Shown piece after piece: positions 49,958 to 61,710 of a DNA stretch of 64,000 nucleotides. A program made the position numbers and the translations under genes. The first letter of the stretch is position 1; the number at the start of each line of letters is the position of its first letter. A model generated the notes under the pieces. It had not been told where the DNA came from. It made no database searches and saw only the letters and a list, made by a program, of their open reading frames with translations. Origin of the DNA: Malacoraja senta (Eukaryota); contig CM075996.1 of NCBI GenBank assembly GCA_038087875.1, positions 8,372,001-8,436,000 on the forward strand. The letters are read 5' to 3'.

Positions 49958-51056
49958 TCACTTCAAAGTTGCTGGGTGTCTTCTCTGGTGACGCTCTGCC
50001 AGGCCTGTATTGCAGCCATCTTTAGCTTATGCTTGTTTTGGGGGCTAGTCCCCTTCAGTTTTCTCTTCAGCATATAAAAGGCATGCTCAATTGGGTTCAG
50101 ATCGGGTGATTGACTTGGCCACTCAAGAATTGACCATTTTTTAGCTTTGAAAACTCCTTTGTTGCTTTAGCAGTATGTTTGGGATCATTGTCTTGCTGTA
50201 GAATGAACCGCCGGCCAATGAGTTTTGAGGCATTGTTTGAACTTAAGCACATAGCTGTGTCTATACACTTCAGAATCCAAAAGACCTTTTCCAGAACTGT
50301 GGTTGCTCTTTTAAGTACTTCTTGGCAAATTGCAACTTGACCTTCCTAATTGTTGCAGCTAACCAATCGGTTGCATCTTGCAGTGTAGCCTCTGTACTTC
50401 TTGGAGTCTTCTGCAGACAGTGGTCATTGACAAATGACTCCTGAAGAGTGTTTCTGATCTGTCGACAGGTGTTTGGGGATTTTTCTTTATTATAGAGATA
50501 ATTCTTCTGTCATCAGCTGTGGAGGACTTCCTTGGCCTGCCAGTTCCTTTGCAATTAGTAAGCTCACCAGTGCTCTTTCTTTTTAATGATGTTCCAAAAC
50601 ACTTGATTTTGGTAAGCCTAAGGTTGGCTGATGTTTCTAGCAGTTTTATCTATTGTTTCTCAGTCTCATAATGGCTTCTTTGACTTTCATTGGCACAACT
50701 TGGTCCTCATGTTGATAAACAGCAATAAAAGTTTCCAAACGTGATGGAAAGACTAGGTACTGAGAGCTCTCTTTCACCTGCATTAAGGAGGCATTTAAAC
50801 ACACCTGAGCAATTAAAAACACCCGTGAAGCCATGTGTCCCAAACATTATGGTGCCCTGAAATGGGGGTGACTATGTATAAACACAGTTGTAATTTCTAC
50901 ATGGTGAAACCAAAATGTGTCAAAATACCCTTTAATAAAATCCGACAATGTGCACTTTAACCACATGTGATTTTCTATTACAAATCTCAAATTGTGGAGT
51001 ACAGAGGCAAATAAATAAATGATGGCCCTTTCTCCCAAACATTATGGAGGGCACTG
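49958..51056 (-). mobile_element. Tc1-like DNA transposon, one-ended and internally deleted, IR/DR type
   Basis: Ends ...cccaaacattatggagggcactg|TA; inner direct repeat cccaaacattatgg near 50840. Confidence 0.8.
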
Positions 51057-51359
51057 TATGTCCCTGAAGATTATCTTTAATAATTTGATGTTAGCTTGAC
51101 AAATCACTGCCTTTCTCACCACAGTCTGTCACGCATCCACTGAAAAGACACAAAATGCTGGAGTAACTTAGCGGGTCAGGCAGCGTCTCTGAAGAAAGGT
51201 CCCGACCCGAAACGTCACCTATCCATTTCTTCCAGAGAGAAGTGCCTGACCCACTGAGGTACTCCAACATTTTGTGTCGATCTTTGGTATAAACCAGCAT
51301 CTGCAATTCATTTATGTAGCCACGGGAGCTGTGACACCTCATCCCGCCATCAGTAATGC

Positions 51360-52062
51360 AAGCAATCCTTTCAGCTGAAGCAGTGATTCACTTCTGCCAA
51401 TCTTGGATACGGCATTCAGTGTTCACAGTGTAGTGTCGACCTTGTAGAAGCCAAACGCAGATTAGATGTCTGCTCTGTGGACCACTTTCATTCAATCTGC
51501 CAGACTGACCCTGAGTTTCCAATTTCCATTATCTATCACATTCCCACTCTGACTTCTCTGTGTTAACATTTAAAGACCTTAAACTTAACAAAGCTTTAGA
51601 AGCATTACCAATTCCATTTTATTGAAATTTAAAAAAATTGAGGGGAAGGTGGCAATGAGGCATACAAACAGTAAAATTAATATTACACAGCTTACAACCC
51701 AGCGGTATGAATATTGATTTCTCTATCTTCGTAATCCTTGCATTCCCTCTCTCTCCGTCCCTCCCCCACTCTAGTTCTCCAACTAGTTTCACTGTCCTGA
51801 TTAATTTTACTGATTGTAGGCCTCGTTCTCACCTTCCCCATGGCCAACAATGAACCATTTCTACATTTCCTTGATCAACGTCTGCTTTGATCTATCATTT
51901 TCACACCTTGCCCTTTCATATCTCCCTCTCCCCTGAAGAAGGGTCTTGACCTGAAGCGTCACCCATCCCTTCTCTCCAGAGATGCTACCTGTCCCACTGA
52001 GTTACTCTAGCATCTTGTGTCTATCTTCAGTGTAAACCAGCATCTGCAGTTCCTTCCTACAC
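51360..52062 (+). mobile_element. Penelope-like remnants: GIY-YIG endonuclease, C-terminus, UTR and hammerhead terminus
   Basis: FQLKQ*FTSANLGYGIQCSQCS...EAKRRL...DHFHSI, then LQPSGMNIDFS, UTR and ctgaagaagggtcttgacctgaagcgtc. Confidence 0.75.
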
Positions 52063-52489
52063 TGTTTGTTAAGCCAGTGGTTCGTTTACCCTGGGTGTGG
52101 GATAAATGGGTGTGCACTTGGGTGGGGCACAAGGAAGAGAGGGGTGTTACAAATAGGGGGTGGTGATACCTAAATGATACTGTTAATTGTAAGCTACCCA
52201 AGTGGATTATGAGTTGTTCCTGTAGTTGACCAGTGCACAAGGGGAAAAGATAAGTTGTTAGACCCTCATCTGTTGAAGATGGGGCCTAATGGTTCGGTGA
52301 AACCAGAACTGGACATTAGAGAGCAGGTAGAAACCAGGAACTGCAGGTGTTGCTTTACAAAAGAAGACCCTGAGTGCTAGAGTAACTCAGTAAGTCAGGC
52401 AGACCTGACACACTGAGCTACTCCAGCACTCCGTGTCTTCAGCAGAGAGCAGGTTGTTGGTGAGTAGGTGCCACTTCCTTCCTTGGAAG

Positions 52490-53072
52490 GCTTAGGGAGT
52501 TTGGCATGTCCCCAATCCTCACCAACTTCTACAAATATGCCATGGAAATTATTTTATCAATTTGCATCACAGTATGGTTTGGGAGCAGCTCAATCCAAAA
52601 AAAAATGCAGTGAGTTGTGGATGTAGCCCAGACCATGATGCAAACCAACCTCCTTCCCTTTGACTCCATCTACACTTCATGCTTCCTCAGCAAAGCCAGC
52701 AGCATAATCAAGGCCCAGTCTCACCTCGATCACTCCCTCTTCTCCCCATTCCCTTCAGGCATGAGGTACAGACATTTGAAAACACATACCTGCAGATTCA
52801 GGGATAGTTTCTTCTCAGCTGTTATTCAGGCAACTGACTGTCGTCCTCCCACCAACTAGAGTGCAGTCCTGGCCTCCCACCTAGATTGGAGATCTTTGAA
52901 CTATAAATAATTGGACTGTATTATGCACTAAACGTTATAGCCTTTATCCTGTATCTGCACTGTGGACAGCTTGATTGTAATCATGTATAGTCGTTTCACT
53001 GACTGGATAGTTCGCATACAAAAGCTTTTCACTGTACCTCGCTACATGTGACAATAATAAACTAAATTAAAC
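52490..53072 (+). mobile_element. Rex1/Babar LINE 3' fragment
   Basis: LTNFYKYAMEIILSICITVWFG...SIIKAQSHLDHSLFSPFPSGMRYR...RFRDSFF. Confidence 0.8.
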
Positions 53073-53102
53073 TTGATAGTATGGTTTACAGTGACTGTGT
53101 TT

Positions 53103-53500
53103 ATAGAAACATAGAAAATAGGTGCAGGAGGAGGCCATTCGGCCCTTCGAGCCAGCACAGCCATTGATTGTGATCATGGCTGATCGTCCCCAATCAATAA
53201 CCTGTGCCTGCCTTCTCCCCATATCCCTTGATTCCACTAGCCCCTAGATAGAGCTCTATTTAACTCTCTCTTAAATCCATCCAATGATTTGGCCTCCACT
53301 GCCCTCTGTGGCAGGGAATTCTACAATTTCACAACTCTCTGGATGAAAATGTTTTTTCTCACCTCAGTCTTAAATGGCCTCCTCTTGATTCTAAGACTGT
53401 GGCCCCTGGTTCTGGACTCGCCCAACATTGGGAACATTTTTCCTGCAACTAGCTTGTCCAGTCCTTTTATAATTTTATATGTTTCTATAAGATCCCCCAA
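53103..53500 (-). mobile_element. CR1 3' fragment
   Basis: GDLIETYKIIKGLDKL...RTRGHSLRIK; (atagaaac)n tail. Confidence 0.9.
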
Positions 53501-53620
53501 TAAGATTGCTAGCATTTTCTTTTTTATTACAGATTCCCAGCCACTGCAGTATTGTGCATTTAGCTTTGTTCAGCTTATGTTTGACTGAATGGTTCATTTG
53601 TGTTTCTTGCATTGTTGCAG

Positions 53621-54043
53621 ACCGGTGCCAAGTGCCAGGCCCGTTGCCGGCGGCATTAAGTCACGGATTGGGGATCAGTTTGCGAACGTGAACACGAGCA
53701 GGCCAGTCAGCGGCTTTCAAAGGACTTTTGATGCGCGACAGAAGATCGGCATCACGGACGCTCGGCACCGGCTCACCATGAGGGACTCCCACGATCGCTT
53801 TGCGCAGAAGGGCATGCGCTCGAAAATAAAACCGGGAGCTCCTCGAAGGTACTCGATGCACGCGAAATGATCAATTCAAGGAAAAGCCAGGAAGGAAGTG
53901 AGAAAGGGCTGGCGATGAAAAGGGTTCTGGAGTGCTCGGGAGCGACTGAAGGCCAGGAGGAGCACTCCAGCCATGACCACCGCTCCAGCGACCGGGACTA
54001 TCAACACGGGCGGCAGGATCACAAAACTATCCAAGTACCTCAG
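53621..54043 (+). CDS. POLDIP3: POLDIP3 exon 2 (three apparent 1-nt indels in this sequence)
   Basis: Acceptor ttgcattgttgcag; GIKSRIG, FQRTFDARQKIGITDAR, KVLDAREMINSRK, L(D)ARERLK and ITKTIQVPQ all match human POLDIP3 but switch frame three times; donor cag|gtggaa. Confidence 0.9.
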
Positions 54044-55459
54044 GTGGAAACTTTTAACCTACAGGCCTCAGTATATTTGGCACGGAAATGTTCACCACAA
54101 ATGTTAACTGAATTGATATTATCTACGAGGCACTGGTGGCATGCTGTTACTGGTGTTCCACTGGCTGGGTCACTTGGATTAACGGAGCAACCTTGGTACA
54201 GGTCCACCACTGATCCAGCACCTCCTTTAATCCAACAAAATTATGAGAGGTTTCTTGAACTCCCCCCCCCCCCCCCCCCCCCGAAATCCCGCCGAAAATG
54301 TGGTGCTTAGGCCGGGTGAGGTGGCTGGTCTCATCCTCATTGAATTTGCCCCTTGCGGCCGGGGTTATGGAATTCCGACCCAGCTGGTGCAGGCAGATTC
54401 GTTCCCATAGCTGATTTATGAGGTTGACTTGTGGGCTGGTATCTCGGGCCCCCCCGCGGCCCATAGGTGGGACCGTTCCAGTACCGCTGGACTCCTCTCG
54501 GAGGTCGTGACCTCTGTTGGTCCGGCAAAACGGGTAATCCAGAAAGACTGGAACCAAAGGTGCTGGAAAATTGGTGGTGGACCTGTATTAATGTTGTGTC
54601 CGTGGTATAAAATAAGCAGCGTGCATGAATGACACTACCCGGCCCCAACACTGCATGATAATAATAATAGATTATTTTATATAGCGCTTTTCAGGACTCA
54701 AAGTCGCTTTACAATTGAGAGTCAGGAATAAACAAAACAAATAGAGCAGTAAGACAGAGGGGAGGGGAACATGGGACTAAGGGTATGCAGAGGTGAAGAG
54801 TTCCAAACATTCCTCTGCAATTATTTGTTATGATTAAAGGGACAAAGTTTTAAAATATCAAATGTAAAGGTTCACATTTAGGTTCAACACTGACCTCGGG
54901 TGCGATCTGTTTGGTGTTTGCACGTTCTCCCTGAGATCGCATGGGTTTCCTGCGGATGCTCCAGTTTCCTCCCACATCCCAAATATGTGCGAGTTTGTAG
55001 ATTAATTGGTCCTCTGCAAATTGCCCCTTCTGCCTCTTGCGTATGACGTGCACAGCCTGAAGTTGCAGGACAACTTGTTCTATTTGATCTTATTTGATTG
55101 TGCACACGAGGTTGGTTGCATTAGTTGAACAGGGCGGACCACGTGAAGGTTGCAATCTCCCACCCCTAAAATTGCCCCTAGTGTGTAGTGTGTGGAGGAG
55201 AAAGTGGGATAGCACAGAACAAGTGTGAATGGGTGCATTGATGGTCGGCATGGACTCAATGGGCTAAAGGGCCTGTTTACGTGCTGTATCTCTCTCTCAC
55301 TCAATCAATTAATCAACTGGTGTGAATGGGTGATAGATGGTCAGTGAAGGCCAAGAGGCCTGTTTCCTTACTGTATCAATCAATCGATAATCATCACCAT
55401 CATGGTTGAAAACATCAACGGGCACGATGCCTTTTACAATGCTGTGTACGACAGTGATC

Positions 55460-55680
55460 ACAACTTCTACTAAGTGTGGATGGGCCGTTGGCTCGCTAGG
55501 AGCTCATCCGCCCTTTGACAGGTCGTGTTTTTGGTCCTGCTGGGGGTCCACAGCCCCTCCTCACCTGGCAAACCAGGTGGGGGAGATGGTTTAGTCGCCG
55601 ACTATCCGACCATTGAGCAGGTAGCACGGGATTACATGGTACCCGTGGCAAGGGGAACTCCCCCTGACCTGACTTAACTG
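55460..55680 (-). mobile_element. Short, highly structured retroposon, possibly Ingi/Vingi-derived
   Basis: Minus strand ...ggacccccagcaggaccaaaaacacgacctgtcaaagggcggatgagctc... with several hairpins; family assignment from memory only. Confidence 0.4.
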
Positions 55681-55697
55681 TTTAAACATTGGTGGGT

Positions 55698-56162
55698 TGT
55701 AATGAGTCGAGTCGGACACACATCAAGATACAACACATATTTATTAAAGTCCACTTACAGCATTGGTCTGCAGTAACTAGCAGCTACCCAGACTGACTTA
55801 CGTAAGCAAGCTCTTGGTAATAAGAATCGCATATTAGGCGGAGCACCTACTAACAAGCACTACAATTAGTTAGTAGGAAATAACCAATCTACATCTTTCT
55901 TGTAGAAACAAAATAAAGCATAGATACGTGGGAGCATGATGGCTAAACAATATAGGAGCCAGAACGTTAATAACGCATATAGGGAAATATAGATAGTTAC
56001 ACAAAATCACCGTATCTAATGGGTGCCTGCTAACCCGCCCAGGCCGTAGAGTAACCAATCTACATAGGTGATTGTACAACATACAGTGCAAGTGTCGAGA
56101 AAGAAACCTCTCCTTGATTCCCACTTCTTGTCCTCCTTGAGATAATGAATCAGTGCTCATCA
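55698..56162 (-). mobile_element. Candidate solo LTR
   Basis: About 465 bp with short inverted termini (tgtaatgag...ctcatca), a minus-strand AATAAA about 40 nt from one end and an imperfect gttgt/gttat flank; interrupts an old CR1 remnant. Confidence 0.4.
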
Positions 56163-59100
56163 GTTATCCTAAACCACACTTGGAAGTAGACTTAAGCGTC
56201 CATCACACAGAGAGCTTGGGTAACAGCACCTTTCACTGATTGCTAAAAGACGTGGCCTTCGGGCTAGGCTTGCATAGGTAGGAAGTGATTCAACAAGGAC
56301 AAACCTATTTGACCTCTTTTCACTGAACTTCATATGCTAGGAACATCTGTCTTGAAGTCATTGATAGAACCGCCCACCACACAGTCCTTGTGGAGATAAA
56401 TCCTTTCACACTGAGAATACTGTCTTTCTGTCTGAAGAAGGGTCTCGACCCGAAACGTCACCCATCTTCTCTCAGAGATGCTGCCTGTCTGCTGAGTCAC
56501 TCCAGCATTTTGTGTCTACCTTCGATTTAAACCAGCATCTGCAGTTTCCTACACACACTGTCTATCACGTTGCATGACAGTAGTTTTGCTGAATGGGACG
56601 GCTCAAGAGGCCGGGTTGAGCAACTTGCTTTAGTTTAGAGATACAGCGCGGAAACAGACCCTTTGGACCAAGTAGTCCGCACCGACCAGCGTTTCCCACA
56701 CACTTAACACTACCCTACACACTAGGGGCAATTTTCAATCTCACCAAGTCAATTAGCCTACAAAAAATCTGTCTGTCTTTGGAGTGTGGGAGGAAAGCGG
56801 AGCACCTGGAGAAATCCCACGCAGGTGACGGGAAGAACATACAAACTATACAGGCAGCACCCGTAGTCAGGATCGAACCTGGATCTCTGATGCTACAAGG
56901 CAGCAACTCTACCGCTGTGCCACCTGTGCTGCCCGTAAAGCTGTGGTGTGATGTATTCCATTTGCAGACCATCAGCAGCATCCATTTGCTCTCCTCTTCC
57001 TTGTAATGGCATTGATCCTGTCTGAAGGACATGCGAGGAGAACGGCAAGCTTGCCTAGAAATGTTACCAACCTACATTGTTATTGGTTTACTATTGTTGC
57101 ATGTACTGAGATACAGTTAAAAACGCAAGAAAAATCATTGAATACACAAGTATATCAGGGAGTGCGAAAGAGAAAGTAAGAGTGCAGAATATAGTATCAC
57201 AGCTACAGGAAGAAAAAGTGCAAGGGTCGTGACAAGGGAGATTGGAAGATCGGACGGAGATAGACACAAAAAGCTGGAGTAACTCAGCGGAACAGTAAGC
57301 ATCTATGGAGAGAAGGAATGGGTGACATTTCGGACCGAGACCCTTCTTCAGACTAGTTAGGGAAAATGGAAATGATCGGAATTCATCCTTAGCATATGGG
57401 AGGTGGGCTCACAAATCTGGGAAGAAGCTGTTGAACGGTGCCAGAGGGACGGTGCCTCTCTGCCAGCGACCTGGTGAAGCTGCAACACGAGCTAACTGAT
57501 CCCACAACCGAGAGAGCAGATCATAACACTGCAGTCCTGCCGCATCTACAGAGCAGTGGATGGTGGACAAATAAACAGGAGGGGGTATCTACAATCACAA
57601 TGCAATCCGCAGTAAAGGTGGGACCCAGCACCTGAATACTGAAGGCAAGGCTGAGATATTAATAAGTGTTCAACCAAAAGTGTGGAGTGGGCAATCTGCT
57701 CCTCCTACTAGTCCCATTATCACAAAAGCCAGTCTTTGCGTCAGAAGGAGTGAATGGATTGACTGAAGAAATGCTTTTGAATATGAATGCAATAAAGATC
57801 TTGAGACCAGGCAATATCTCAAGAGTCGAGAGTGTTTCGTTGTCATATGTACTGACAACGGGACAATGAAACGGGCATAACAGGCCTGTAAACGCAATAA
57901 ACACGGATGATATATTGTAAGCAAAAACCCGTTATCCTTAGTGCAAGCAAAGACAATCTAATGAGGTCAGTGTTGTATAATGTTAGAGAGCCTGATGGTT
58001 GTGGGGAAGAAGTGTTCTTGAACCTGGTCGTTCATGGTGGTCTCAACAGGCAGCATCTCTGGAGAACGTGTTTTGGATCGGGAGCTTTCTTCAGATGGGA
58101 GAAGGGTCCCAACCGGTAAAAATGTCACCTCTCCGCAGATGCTGCCCGGTCCGCTGAGTGACTGCAGCACTTTGTGTCGTTTTGTGTCAACCGCCATCTA
58201 CCTGCGTGCAGTTCTGGTCGCCACACTATAGGAAGTGTTGCGTTGGAGCGGGTGCAGAGGGGGAACATCCAGGATATTGTCGGGATTGAAGTATTTTATT
58301 ATGATGAGAGATTAGATCGGTCGGGCTTGTTTTCTCTGAAGCAAAAGAGTCTGAGGGGAGACCAGATAGGGGTTTCGAAATATATGAGATACGTAGATAG
58401 AGTGGGTAGTTAACCTGAGGTGGGTGGACAAAAACAAAATGGCTTTGGTTTAAGGTGAGAGGGAGGAGATTTGGGGGATCTGGTGATCTATGAGAGGGAG
58501 GAGACTTGAGGGATCTGGTGAACGTTTTTTGCACAGAGAATGGTTTAGCGATACAGCATGGATACAGGCCCTTCAGCCCATAGAGACCATGCCGACCATC
58601 TATTTACACTAGTTCCATGATATCCTACGTTTACACCTGCTCCCTACACATTACGTGCAATTCACAGCGGCCAATTAACGCACAACCACACGTCTTTGGG
58701 ATGTGGGAAGAAACCAAAGCACCTGTAAGAAAGCCACATGATCACAAGGAGAACTTGCAAACTCCACACAGACATCACCCGAGTTCAGGATCAAACCCGG
58801 GTCTCTTGCACTGTGAGGCAGCAGCTCTACCAGCTGAGCCACTGTGCAGATGTATTGAATGTGCTGTCAGGTTAGGTGGTGGGCACAGGTACAATCACAG
58901 CATTTAAGACACAGATAGACAGGCCGTTAAATAGGCAAGGGGTTTGGGATCTAAAGTGGGAAAACAGAATTAGCATGTTTAGGCAAAATGGATGTGGTGG
59001 GCTGAAGGGCCTGTTTCTGTGCTCTGTTCTGTAATTCAATAATTGTCCTCAATCAGTACATTAAAATATGTTGGCTGGTAATTTGTGGAGGCTCGATGCA

Positions 59101-59280
59101 CAGAACTTGGCCGTCGTGTCCCCTACACTTGCGATGACACTTCACAAAGCAATTAATTAGCTGCTAAGTACTTGAGGCTATGAAAGGTGGTTTATAAATT
59201 TGTCCCCAGTGCCTGCATGCAGCTGCTCTCAAGCCTAACGTAATGTCTAATGACCTGAGTGTTTTTATTTCCCATCACAG

Positions 59281-59358
59281 AAAAGACCGGCTCCTCCTGT
59301 GCAGTCGCACCCGTTGGGAATGCAGATTAACGTGGTGAATGACCAGAGCCCTATCCAG
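59281..59358 (+). CDS. POLDIP3: POLDIP3 exon 3 (78 nt, symmetric cassette exon)
   Basis: ttttatttcccatcacag|KRPAPPVQSHPLGMQINVVNDQSPIQ|gtgagc; human has ...HPHPAGMRINVVNN. Confidence 0.9.
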
Positions 59359-59391
59359 GTGAGCACTGACTGACCCTGCAACACCTTAGAC

Positions 59392-59625
59392 CAAGGGTTC
59401 CCAACCTGGGGTACATTTACCCCCAGGGGGTAAATTTTGCCTACCCAGGGGGTAAATTTGTTGATTCTGGATTTGTACATTTTTTTCCCCATTGACTGAC
59501 TGTGTTTGGTTCTGGTATACCGGTATCTGTTCATCATTAGTTGTTCATAAATAAGTGAAATAACATTGTTACGTGCTATTAAAGTTGCCAGGGGTAAACG
59601 GGATGAAAAAGGTTGGGAACCCCTG
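59392..59625. mobile_element. hAT-Charlie-like MITE
   Basis: TIRs caagggttcccaacct / aggttgggaacccctg; diverged 8-bp TSD ccttagac / gtttagat. Confidence 0.75.
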
Positions 59626-61029
59626 GTTTAGATCCTCAGGAGCAACTCCGTACTTCCTTACTGACCCGTGGGTTATCAGTGCACTAAAAACTCAATCAGG
59701 ACTTGTGTATTCGGCTTTCACAAAACCAAAGCCATTGTCTTTGCTTGCCTTTGTAAACTTATTTCCTAAATCCATCCATTTCTGTGGCACACTTATGAAA
59801 GTGACAAATTTGTATTCATACTTGACCAGGGATTAAGTATTGTGCTTTCAATTACTTCCATTTTTGTAAACAATGGCTAACTCTGCCATTATCTCCTGCA
59901 ACTCTCACCATCCACATGCATCCACGTCACACTTGAGTGCAGTGCAGTTGTACAGGCCTTGAGAAACTGTGTGGTCTATCGCTGCATAATACTGACACAC
60001 ACTTCTGGAGGACATGGACAGGCGACGTCTCGGGTTGGAACCCTTCTTCCTTAAAACACACTGACCCTTCCGAAAAAGTCCTGACCCGAAACGTCACCTA
60101 GCCAGGTTCATCAGAAATACTGCTTGACCTGCTGAGTTACTCCAGCACTTGGTGCTTTGCTCATGATTCCAGTATTCTGCAGTTCCTTGTGACTCCACAG
60201 ATGTTCACCACCTCTTGATTCCTCCGTCCACAGGACTACTAGATTGTCAGCTGCTGGTCCAGTACCTGGTGTAACGTGCCCACGAATCTCTTCCAACTTA
60301 ACGAGACCGTGCACGAGACCAAAGGCATTACCTTTGCAAACTCCCCCAACATCAGGAACATTTTACCTGCATCTAGCCTGGTCCAATCCCTTAAGAATGT
60401 TATATGTTTCTATAAGGTTCCCTCTCATCCTTCTAAACTCCAGTGAATATAAGCCCAGTCGTTCCATTCTTTCATCATACGTACAGGCAGAGGCGATTAA
60501 TTTAACTTGGCATTATGTTTAACATGGACGTTGTGGTCGAAGGGCCTATCCTCCCGTGCTATACAGATCTATGTTCTGTTTTATCCTCCACACCAGTCTA
60601 TTCCAATTCACTCTTGACCAATTCTCACGTTCTACTTTCCATAAAGGTGGCACAGTTGGTTGAGCTGTTGCCTCAGCGCCAGAGACCAAGTTTGATCCTG
60701 ACCTCGGGAGTTGCCTGTGTGGAGTTTGCATGTTCTCCCAATGGGTGTCCTCCCATATCACTAGGACGTGCGGGTTTGTATGTTAATTGGCTTGTGTAAA
60801 TTGTCCCCAGTGTGTTGGGAGTGGACTCACTTCTTGAAAAGCCTGCATCTTTCAATCAATTCAAAGTTAAGGTCCTCTAACATCCTGCTGCCCATGTATG
60901 TGAAGAGATTGTTTTATCTATCACTCTTAAAGGCAGGGAGTTCCAGACATCACTGTCCTGAAACAATCTCCCTTCCTTGCCTCCCACTAATCCTTCCACC
61001 AGCCACTTCACAACCACAATCACAGTAAC

Positions 61030-61710
61030 AATAATACTTTATTAGCCAAGTATGTTTTGCAACATACGAGGAATTTCATTTGCCAAGTCAGTCATACAGA
61101 TAAAAAGCAACGGAACACACAAAATACATTTTAACATTGACTCCTCCCCATTCCCCACTGTGTTGGAAGGCAAAAAAAGAGTTCAAATCTCTTCCCTTCT
61201 CTGCTCTCCCACGGTCGGGGGCCTCGAGCCCGCTGTTGACGGGCCGATCTTGACTCCCGTAGCCGGCGATGTTTTGGCCCTCCGCATCGGGGGGGTGTCA
61301 GTTCCCCCGTGTCGGGGCTGGTCGAGTCTCTGCATCGTTGGAGCTCCCGACTAGCCTCTCCCGAGACTGCGAGCTCCCGATGTAAAATCCCAGGCAAGGA
61401 TTGCTCCAGCCGATCCTTTGAAAGATCATCCCAAGTCCCCAAGTGGGGCTCAAAGTCAGTCTGAGGTGGCCTCCAGCTCCATCGATGGTTGGCTGCAGAG
61501 CGACCGGAGATGCGATCCGGAAAACAATCGCATCTCCGGCAAGGTAAGAAACTGGAAAAAAAGTTTCCCCCGGCCCTCTCCCCCTCCCTCCGCATAAAAC
61601 AAACCGGAGAGATTTACACAGACTTTTAAAACGCACTGAATTTTTTTTTAAAAGATGGAAAAACAGACAGCCTGTTGGCGGGGCAGCCAATCGTGCGGCG
61701 CCCCTGGTGT
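61030..61710 (-). mobile_element. GC-rich non-autonomous retroposon with a Rex1-like 3' tail
   Basis: Tail tttattagccaagtatgttttgcaacatac is similar to other short elements in the window (16310, 21750); GC-rich 5' head. Confidence 0.5.

Noticed and set aside
53820..53870. Programmed -1 frameshift in POLDIP3
   Set aside because: No in-frame X XXY YYZ slippery site, and two further indels follow; sequence error is simpler.
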